DNA from: Hydrurus foetidus
Lineage: Eukaryota
Length of the DNA: 51,139 bases
Assembly: GCA_900617105.1 (NCBI GenBank)
Contig: UYFQ01000634.1
Coordinates: 1 to 51,139 of the forward strand
Reading direction: 5' to 3'
In this document: piece by piece, positions 36,801 to 46,574 of the stretch
Layout: the number at the start of each line of letters is the position of its first letter
How positions within the stretch are numbered: position 1 is the first letter of the stretch
Position numbers and translations under genes: made by a program
The notes under the pieces: model-generated
What the model saw: only the letters and a program-made list of their open reading frames with translations
Told to the model about the DNA's origin: nothing
Database searches by the model: none

Positions 36801-38934
36801 ATGTTGCCGTTGAGAGGGTCTGTTGCAACATCGTAGGGAGAAAACAATGTAGCTAATACTGCCAGCCCTCCGTCTCCACGATGGTAACTGTAACCTCCTC
36901 CCGCTATGGTTGTGATAATGCCAGTGGTTTTATTGATCATACGAATCACACGGCTTCCTGAATCAGCGACGTATAGATTGCCTGTCAAGGAATCAATCGA
37001 CATTCCTTGTGCGTTAAAAAAAAAGCTGTAGTAGCTTGTCGTCCATCCCCCGTGACACCGCGCATGCCATTACCCGCATACGTGAAGATTGTGCCAGCTG
37101 TCGACAGTCCCGATTGTAGTGGGGTCACATGGGAGAGAGATGTAACGAAATAAGATGAGATGTCAGGTACCTATCAAAACACTCACGAGTATACGGGTCA
37201 ACTAGTTGAGCGCGCAAGCAATAACGATAACAGCGGGTAGTGATACAAGTTATGAAATGCCGTTTCGTTTCATGGCATCGAAATACGTTACGATACGAGG
37301 CAACACTTCGTTTTATCCAATGTATGTTATTTTCACTTCACTTTACCTGTGCCAGTCGGAGCCATCGTGGGAGGGGAAATCGCAGTAGCAGGAATCTCTG
37401 CACTGTCCCTTGCACTGTTCAGATCAGAGTCGACAATATGTATCATGCTAGAGGAAACATCTAAGGCGATACTGCGAGGTCTATAGAGTGATGCATATAT
37501 GGCTGGTCCTCCGTGACGCAGATCATCTCCAACAACCGTGGTGATGATACCCGCACTGTCAACCATGCGTATGGCATTATTGCCAGAGTCAGCTATAAAC
37601 GATTGTCCTTTCACAGCATCGAAAGCAAGTCCAATCGGCATATGAAGGCAAGTTGAAACCGCCAGCTTTCCACCTTTGCTGCAGCGCTGATGCCCATTTC
37701 CAGCAACAGTACTTATGATACCGGTGCCTTTGGTCAGCATGCGTATCATATTGTTGCCCGTGTCAGCGATGTATAGATTCCCGTCAGTTGGAGAGAAAGC
37801 TAGGCCTGTAGGATTATTAAACAAAGCTTTTGCCGCTAGTCCTCCATCTCCTGTGTAACCTCCAAGATCAACACTACTTCCAGCAACAGCATTTATGACA
37901 CCAGTGCTCTTCGAAACCATGCGAATCATGTTATTTCCACTGTCCGCGATGTAGAGATTTCTCGTGATGGGGTCCACAGCAGTTCCTGCGGGCTGAGAGA
38001 TCAAGGCTGATGTTGCCTGTCCTCCATCCCCGCCATATCCTGCCACCCCAAGGCCAGCAATCGTGGTGATTATACCTGTGCTCTTCGCAATCATCCGAAT
38101 TACATTATTTCCTCTGTCAGCGATGTAGAGGAGTCCTCTCACAGCATCAACAGTAAGACCAGTCGGAGCATTTAATGTAGCCAATACTGCTAGTCCACCA
38201 TCTCCACTATAACCTCCCGAACCATATGTGCCTGATCCCGAAGAATCACAGCCAGCTATGATAGTAGTAATATCGGTACCACCAGCAATCACGGTAACGG
38301 AGTTGTCACCACTGTCGGCTATGTAAAGATCGCCCGAAAACGCATCGACTGCTGCGCTTGAAAGATTTCTTGAACGTCTTGACACCGATCGGGCCCCAAA
38401 TTTATGTAAGCCTTCAAGCCTTCGACTAGCGGCTGCTGAAACTGTGCAAGTTGCACGAGGTGGACATCAAATCGAATGTATTAGATGATGGCCCCATCAA
38501 GATAGTCTCCTACGACGAATTAAATGAGACTCGTCCATCGTCTTGTCAAGACCATACGACTTACCTTTGCTTGGGGACGCGTTCAGTGAGATGGATGTCT
38601 GAAGCGTACTCAGCACTTCCCCATGTTGCATGGATGTTCTCATATAACTCTTGATTGACTCATCAGGAAAGGCTGCTGATTTCTCCACGGATGGCGTATT
38701 ATAAGAGGACATTCTAGTCGATAATTTCGTGGTGCCATCATTGGGCAGTCGGCCGGGATGCAATTGATCGGATTCAATCTAATGGAAGAAAAGAATGTAA
38801 AGATATCAGAGATATCAAAGATATGAAATAAAATGAGCTTACTGACTGCGCCCGCCAGACTCGCTTTATGGCTAAACTTGCACCTGAGATGCAGTAGAAG
38901 CGAGGACGAGAAGAGTCACGATGGAGGCTCCCAT
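27864..38934 (-). CDS. Multi-NHL beta-propeller type I transmembrane protein (8 exons: 38934-38843, 38778-38565, 38441-37347, 37097-36014, 35764-34680, 34430-33347, 33097-32199, 28099-27864; ~1931 aa after correcting seven -1 indels)
   Basis: Signal peptide MGASIVTLLVLASTASQV; ~28 NHL repeats (PxGxAVDxxxGNLYIADTxNxxIRMV..GIITTIAG..GDGG); (SPSIAPTGY)n stalk; terminal exon with TM helix IIAIIAGTISGFLVLLALAAIVYCLY followed by GKPLKKK and a short tail. All introns are GT-AG and phase-compatible. The frameshifts could mean a pseudogene or assembly errors. Confidence 0.8.
28370..31830. repeat. Tandem satellite/minisatellite, 26 units of 109-154 bp built on an ATCAC pentamer, within the last intron of the NHL gene
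   Basis: Conserved core TCTAACAGAATCACTTCACATCTACTAAGTCAC..CGTACCTTGTCAC recurs at 28465, 28574, 28713, 28857, 28981 ... 31613, 31747. Spacings are mostly 124, 134 or 154 bp. Confidence 0.97.
32205..32392 (-). repeat. Coding 27-bp tandem repeat, 7 copies (SPSIAPTGY mucin-like stalk)
   Basis: GAGGGAGAAT recurs every 27 bp from 32219 to 32381. Confidence 0.95.
32500..37375 (-). repeat. Tandem intron+exon module repeat, period 1333-1334 bp (~3.6 copies)
   Basis: The internal ATG-SIDSLTG recurs at 37003, 35670, 34336 and 33003. Four 249-nt introns lie at 37098-37346, 35765-36013, 34431-34679 and 33098-33346. Confidence 0.97.
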
Positions 38935-39271
38935 CTGTAATCTGCACGGCTGAAATTCAGCCACTGTACGAGTCTGCAATGTCAAATCTACTTTTCCAAA
39001 GTTCAGTGACTTTCTCTCTCTACTGTAAACAGTTTCTCGCAGCTATGACGTTGTTCCTAAGTATATGGTACTGTTCTACAATTCGAGAGGCTCCCTCTCT
39101 CACGAGGGTACCCTGAAAATTGAAAATTGGTAAAATTATTGACAATTGAAAATTTGATGAGCAGCGGCGCGGGTTTGACTGAAAATCTACCGTCTCCTCC
39201 CATATATGCTTGGGGTGGCTGAGAACTTGGATCAGTATGAGGCCTATTTCCAAGTTTTCTTGGAAAACATA

Positions 39272-42200
39272 CCGTCGAGTCCCCTATTCTTTGTGTGATG
39301 GGGATGCAATCGACCCAAATTCCCTTGTATATGACAACATCCATCTGATGAGCACTTTTACATTCAGTTGCACATAACTTATCTCACACTGCGAGTTAAG
39401 GACTTCTGAAAATTTTAGCTAGTCGCTTGAAGTGCTGCTATGAGACTCCAAGAATTTCTCAGAGAATCGAGGATCATTTCGTAGCAAACTTCAGCTTGCC
39501 GCGAGGAACTCTTTTATCGAATCTAATTTTTCCAAGGTGAATATCGATATGATTTGTCTCGACATGTCTAGATTGTGGTCTCTACAGCCCTTAACAACAT
39601 GGTCGACTGTGATGTTTCGTGAAGTCCCTCAAGTTTACGAACCATCTGACTTCAAGAATATGACTTTCTATTTTACAGTGTCAAAACAAGCAGAGCAATG
39701 AAGAAAGTGTTACAGCTGGAGCTAGAGTACGCAGCTTTCATGGTTTCTATAGTTCTCGTTCGACACATCGTCACGCCAGAGAATTGCAGCTTCCAGTGGT
39801 CTGCTAAGGCATTGGCTATTGAATTAAATAAGGAATCAGTAGGCAAGAATCCAAACTTCTTTATTGAGGCTACAGCGCTACACCATGGTCTGTTTGCGTT
39901 CAATAAGGCGTTAAGTATGCTTGGAATTACTATGGTTCTAATGCATTCTAAGAAAGAATCACTATTGGACGAATTCTTTAATCTCCCATCAAAAATGAGG
40001 GGCTACGAGATGGTTTTCAACACACCTACTGGAGGAACGCCATCGTCAGAATATGACACTGAAAACATAACACTGGACAAAATTGTCTCGATCAGAGATA
40101 GAATACTTCAAATATGTAAATGCGAGCCGTCGAAGTACAGCGGTGCATCTGTAATTTTTGTTGAACTGGTTATGTTGACTCATAATGGATTTCCCTCTCC
40201 TATTCCTCAATCGCACCCAACGAGTACCAGAAGTTCAAGCAGTCTAGGGAAGAGGCAACTTTTTAACATTAAAAATCAAATTGTGGATGATGTCTCCAAC
40301 TACTACGGTCCTTCAAACGTTTTATTCTACCTAGAAGGAGCCCTTGAGACAGCTAAAAGAAGACGTACTGGAGAAAAGCTCACTGATATGGATGAAGATG
40401 TGATTGATGTAGAAGACGATACGTTGAACATTGTGCGAAACATAGAGAATGAAATTGTTGCTGAAGAGGAAAGGGAAGCATGCGGTAGCGATGCAGAAAG
40501 GAAGTAGTAGCTGTGTTGGAAGCCATACGCTCAAGAAAAGTGACTTTTACTGCTGCAGAAATTGCTGATGTATTAAGAGTGTACGATGCAGTAAAGAAGA
40601 AACATATAGATAACAAAAGCGTGTGGACAGATTTAACTGTGTGTCAGAAGACAAAAAGTCTCTTACTTCGCAAGGGGGGATTTACTGATCTTGAGCCACG
40701 TACTATATCTCGTTGGAACAAAAGAAGATCAGTCGACATCGGTAAAGGGGGACGTAAAGTTGATTCGGCATTTGAATCTGAGATATGGGCGAATCTAACT
40801 GTCTGCTATCTTGAAGAATCCGATGAGGTACGCCATGATACACCTCTACATTGTAATGAACTTCTCTAATTAGATGATAACAAAATTGAATAATACAGGA
40901 AGTGCAAGTAAAGACTGAAGCTAAGGTCATTGTGAATGTCGCGTACTCGTATGATATAGTAAGGAATACAGCAAACAATGTAGCACAGCAATTCAACTGG
41001 AGCGATAATGAGAGGGTTCAGGCACTATGCTTCTCTAACAACTGGGTAAACAGATTCTTAAAACGAGCCGGAATGAGACGAAGGAAAATAACACGCGAGG
41101 ATAAAGATATTCCTAAAGTAGACGAAGTGAAACGAATAATGAAAATAGGTCAGGAAATGTACTCAATGTTTGGGCACACACCGAGTACGACTTGGAATAT
41201 GGATGAGACAGCTGTTACCTGGTCCATAGGCCCAACACACTTGTACTGCCCACGTGACCAACAACGGGCAAGCCAGATTGGAATAAGTAATACAAAATTA
41301 AGAATTACTGCTGTCATAACAGTCAATGCAGCTGGCGCATTCGCCACCCTAATGATTATAATAAAACATTCCGTCAGTTCTGCAATCAAACCAGATCAAA
41401 CGGGGATGAAGGTAATCAGAGAACTACACAGTAATGCATCAAAAGGATTCAGAGCTCAAGATGGTTGGGAACTTCTAAAATGGGAGAAAGAAATCACTAT
41501 CAAAGGTGTCACAGCGATGCATAAAAACTGGTATCTGATACATACTGTTACAGGACATGTCATCACCAGCCAGTACAAGGCATGGAATGATCAAGTCAGG
41601 ATGCTAATGTGGGTTGAACTTGTCATGGGACCCATTATGAATAGAGACGGGAAAATGCTATTGTGGTTCGACAACTGCGGGTGTCACAAAGTTGATGTCG
41701 TGGAGAAGCAGATGAGTGATATGGGTATACATGTTGCACTCTTACCTCCGAATATGACAGCTATTCTTCAGGTCCTTGACCTAGTAGTCAACGGTCCATT
41801 GAAAGCTCACATTCGTCATCTGCGTGCAATGGTTATAGTTAAGTCTTTCAAAGAGTTCAAAGAGAAGTATTGTGAGGAACAAAGAAAGCCACCAGAACAG
41901 CGGATCGAGATGAAATTTAAACCAAGAAAACCAGATATGTACGAGAGTATGGCAGATCTTATTGAGCTGTTCGGAAATCAATTCAAGGAGACGAAATTTG
42001 TTAATGGAGTTGTCTCATCATTTTTGAAGACAGGAACAGTACCAATCACAAGCACCAACGAATTCTTTGAGTACAAGGAGGAAACCCATTGCGGTACAAT
42101 CGGTACTGTACCTTCAGGTACGATGCCACTGTACAAAAAGAAGCTAACCGAAGAAGACGAAAACGACAGAATACTTGATGCGTTCGAAGCATTCTTGAAC

Positions 42201-43343
42201 CCTGAGAATAACATGAATGATTTGGTTGATGATGAGGAGGAGGAGGATGGTTATGATTATGATGATTGATATTGCGAAACACATCTGAAATTACATAAAA
42301 CCTTGCATGAAGTAATTGATAGAACAACATTCAGTGACTGAAATTCTAATGACGATGAGCAGATGGTCGCATGTGAAATTCAGTAACAGAAGTAGATTAC
42401 ATGAAAATGACGTTTGAATACATGAAAATTAATCAGCGTACTTTAGATTACTGAACACACCTAGCATTTTCAAAACGACGCTGTGCCTCATCATAGAGTA
42501 AGTGAGGACACATCTCATGGTGGAGACGATTTCCTGATTCTAGAATCCTCCGAGTCGATTTAGAACAGCACTCAGAAACAAAGGTGTTTGACATTTCACT
42601 CATCCAACATCTCATTCTGGAGAGTTCAACATCTTATTCTCTGAGAGTTTGATATCACAGCACTGCTGATGAGCTCCTGTACTTCTTCCCAAGTAACTTA
42701 TTTGCGTTACAGTAAAGGTCGTCTCGTCATTACAGATTCGTGTGCACCAGTCAAGAACCATCACCATTTCTCTAATTAAAATCTGATGCCTCATCTCCAT
42801 TATCCATTTCCAGGCCTCAACACGAGTCGCCATCGTGATTAGCAGTCGCCACAGCATAATCGCTGATTCTGATGCCAAATTAGCTGATTCAACTCCTACA
42901 TTCGAGACATTTCGTGAGCTCAATATCTCTCAGATTAATAGGTCCAACGAATCATCAAATTCGAACTGTCCTCTGGAAGAAAGATGTGGGACATTTACCT
43001 TTCGGGAAGTTCGACATCTTAAGACTGATTTCAAGTTATTGTACTACTTCCCAAAGTCCTCAGAAGCATCGATAATGGTCACGAAGTTCAGCGTGCATAA
43101 AATGGTATCGATGGCGCAACCGATAGAGAATTTGAACAGAAGAATCAGGCCGAACAAAAGCCTGCACGTTCTAACAACAAAAGTTGGAGGCACACGTCGA
43201 TATCGTCAGATACTCTGTGACTCAAAAATTGGTGGAGTAGCTAATTTGTGAAGATAGCTGTGTATTAGTGCCTATGATGAGGTATATGGGCCGATTGCAC
43301 TCCGTACACTCAAACAGAATACAAAGAATAGGGGACTCGACGG
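39272..43343 (+). mobile_element. Inner pogo-superfamily DNA transposon (4072 bp)
   Basis: Perfect 23-bp TIRs CCGTCGAGTCCCCTATTCTTTGT (39272-39294; inverted copy 43321-43343), TA target-site duplication (39270-39271, 43344-43345) and an internal DDE transposase gene. Confidence 0.93.
39698..42269 (+). CDS. pogo/CENP-B-type DD35D transposase (DDE_1); one -1 frameshift at ~40499 and intron 40828-40898; ~833 aa if corrected
   Basis: HTH-like TISRW and FSNNWVNRFLKRAG. Catalytic residues in WNMDET, LLWFDNCGCH and LPPNMTAILQVLD, with 35 residues between the 2nd and 3rd Asp. Acidic C-terminal tail. The intron GTACGC..TACAG is phase 0. Confidence 0.88.
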
Positions 43344-45281
43344 TACCTCAACCATGCCGTGTTCTAGCAAGATATCACTCAAATGACCATATTATCTGAG
43401 AAGATTTGAGGTATCTTTAGATGCAGGTTGCGCTAATCTCTAGGTAGCCCTAGCAACTTTTTAATTCATCGAAAGTTAAAATGATAATCCGCTGAGATAG
43501 CGGAAACCTCTAAAAATCGCGTTTACTGACCAAATTCCATCAATTTTCCTGCAACAGATTGAAAGAAACCAAGTGCAATCGATTTCTATATGTTGTTAAA
43601 ATCAGATTCGATAAAGTGCGCCCACTTTGGGGCGCCCAAAGTATTTTTTTCGATTCATCTGAAAATCATTGCGCAAGAAAGTTGCAAATGATGCCTTTGC
43701 GTAGCGAATTCAGCGCTTTTGACGTTGCCGATGATTTTAATCTACCTCTAATTACCCTTTATCGATCTCATTCGGTCACGTTAGTGATGTTGCGGGCGTG
43801 GCTTCGTTCAAATTTGTTTTTTTACCGTAGATAAGCGCACCATGTTTATCTCAGTGATTTCTTGAAAAATATCTTTATCCATGAGCTCTGAATTTTTCCT
43901 GCGGACGTTACAAGTCTATAAGAAGCCCCGGATCGAAGAGGGGAATCAAATGAAATAGTGGCAGCCATGGAATGCTCAGAAATGTGGATTCTGCACCAAA
44001 CTGATCGAGAGAGGAGAGGAAGGAGAATTGAAATACAGATACATTAATTACAGTTGATGTCAACAGCTCATGAAGCAAAGAGACAGTGCATCAAGAGGGA
44101 ATCTAATGAGAAGCGATCAAATGAAAAGATGCGCGATGGATTTGCCGCCCGCATAACATGAGGTGGGTGGCATGACTCCTGCATTAGCGCACATCTGACC
44201 TGGCGAATCATCAGTATCTGCGAGAGATACATGAAAAAAATTGCCAGAGCTTCGCCTAGTGTCAGATATGGCTGTGTTAGTCGGGGTTCAGTCAGGAAGC
44301 AAAATTTAATCATAGTTCATCGGAGATAAAGATTTGTGGTAGGTAATCGGACACACATCAAAGATGCGACATTGTGAACAATATTGTGTCCTTCAGGTAG
44401 CAGGCTTTGGCGGTGGTCTGCAGGAATGATGCTTGTTCATTGATACCCTGCCGCTAATTGCAAAGGACCCTCTAGCTCCGCACTTGAAGCTGTGCAAAAT
44501 GATCATGCCTGAGATTTGACACGATCTCGTAAATTAGACATTGAGAATCAGAGAGAGCGCCAATCTGGGCGCAGTTGACGGATTCTAATGCTAAAATAGA
44601 TTTCTGAACGTAAACTAGAGCTAAAAGGACCATCGAATTGGCAGAAGTCACAATATCGATCCCCTCACCTAATCGCTGTTGACAAAGACGACTTCTTGCG
44701 AACCGATTTCCAACAGAAGTCTTACTCAGATCCCGACGTCGTGCTCGCCTAGAACTAACTACAGCAAAGCAATAACTTGGCACGACTCAGAAGTCGATTA
44801 CGTCGACAACTGATGATGCTGTTGTATTGTGAGTGCGAAGGTGTGTTTTGAGCAGTATGTTCATTAGAGGACAAATAGACGCCCGATTTCCCGTGTTCAC
44901 ACTCAAACAAAATAAAACATATGGGAGGAGACGGTAAGTGTTAATATTGTTGGGATATCCGGATTAGACTAGGATCTTGTACCCTGTGTGATGTATGATT
45001 GTTTTCATGCACGGGTGTACGTACATTCAGCGATAACATTGACCGCAACCCTCGCACTCATGTTGTGCTACCTAGATGTAATCGACAGCATGTCACTGTC
45101 GTTTAATCCAACTTACCGAATAGAACGTCTTCTTCTCTTTTGAGCGAGCGTTGCTAGCAGTCGGAAGTGCAGGGATCGTTTGGGAACTCGGAAGAAATTC
45201 CGTGTAAATCGCCCAGATTTCCAACATAAACGACAGTCATCCTTAGATAGCTTAGCTAGAAGTTGCAAAAGAATTGCAAGG

Positions 45282-46464
45282 ATGAGAGGACGAGGCGATG
45301 GTAGATTCCAGTCCCGTGGCGGGGGCAGGGGTCGATATGGTAGGGGGCAAGGCGAGCCCCATAAACCCATAGTAAAAGGTAGGAAGCCCGAGGTAGATGC
45401 TTACCTGGATCTGCCACGAGGCCAAGCGGCAGATCCGGAAGCCGTGTTGAAATGGCTTGAATGTTTAAGAGTTTATATGTATAGTACTTACGAATCTTCT
45501 ATTAAAGAAATCATTGGCATAGATGGGGTCCTCTCAGATTACGAAGAATTCGTAGAGCCAAACGACCCGCCGGATAACGCCGGCATGGTGGCCATAGAGA
45601 GGTGGAAGACAGCAAGTAAGAAATATGCTGCAAATATTGAATTACATAAAAAAGACTGCGCAAAACTGTATGGTGTAATACTAGGTCAGATGTCGGAGGC
45701 CTCGATCACAAGGGTGAACGAGATGCCGGCAGGCAAGCGAGCCATAGAGGACTGCGATCCTTTGGAGGTGTTGACATGTGTGGTGGCTACACACATGAAC
45801 AACAAAAGGTATGGAGATGTATATAATATGACTACAGCTATTAGAAACTTTTACAATAATAAAATGTACCAGAACGAGGATCTAGCTGCTTATTTTAGTA
45901 GGTGTAGGACGCTTCTGTTTGTCAAGAGCGAGTCTACAGGATGGCGACGAAGAAGAGCCCACTCACACAGATGAGTTCCATGCTGTATTATTTGTAACTG
46001 GACTTAATTCAAACTATTTAGAATATATCAATACGTTTAAAAATAAGGTTCGGTCATGGCCGCAGACCATGGCCGATGCCAACCAGGACGCGGCCAACTT
46101 CCTCATGGGAAGGCCCGTCCACGGAGGAGCTCCCCCGAACTCGGAGAAGCGAAACGTTTTCGCGGCCAGTCGGGGTGGGAGAGCGGGTTCAACCGGGAGA
46201 GGCGGCAGAGGCCGTGGAGGCAGTGAGAACGGAGCTGAGAAGGGCGGATTCGACACCCCCGGCAGCGAGAGTAGTAGGAGGGCAGGCACTCCCTATAGGG
46301 ATAGGGAGGCCACCCCACAGAGAGAGAGAGGTGGTGCCGTACAGGAGTACGGTACCCGTTACGGAGCGTGTAACAACTGCGGGGAGGAGGGCCATTACGC
46401 GTACGAGTGTAAGAAGCCGCCGAGGAAGAACGCACCTGCGCGTCACCCTTCCTCGGAAAAGTAA
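45282..46464 (+). pseudogene. gag: Copia gag with CCHC zinc knuckle (one frameshift near 45930)
   Basis: RGG-rich N-terminus, capsid-like segment (LYGVILGQMS..FVTGLNSNY) and CNNCGEEGHYAYEC. Confidence 0.85.
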
Positions 46465-46574
46465 GTCCCTTATATGTTTTTTTACCTGATTCACTAGCTA
46501 AGGATGTAAATGTTCCGTGTGGGGAAACCGGACTGCATGACGTATTTGCAACGTCGACCGGTTACCCTGCGTTT

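Larger units (their letters stand above)
39190..44934. mobile_element. Outer non-autonomous pogo-like TIR element (~1.67 kb without the nested insert)
   Basis: Perfect 16-bp TIRs CCGTCTCCTCCCATAT (39190-39205) and ATATGGGAGGAGACGG (44919-44934). TA flanks both sides (39188-39189, 44935-44936). Confidence 0.8.

Noticed and set aside
33206..37464. Four repeated plus-strand ORFs (MSAQAIT.., MIQVMKC..) as a small gene family
   Set aside because: They are the antisense reading of the repeated intron and exon end of the NHL gene.
32170..38385. Five separate NHL genes
   Set aside because: NHL-coding sequence continues upstream of each internal ATG to a splice acceptor, and each ORF ends at a phase-1 donor, so they are exons of one gene.
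43346..44918. Short ORFs inside the outer TIR element as cargo genes
   Set aside because: No recognisable motifs, mostly non-ATG starts, and no consistent splice model.
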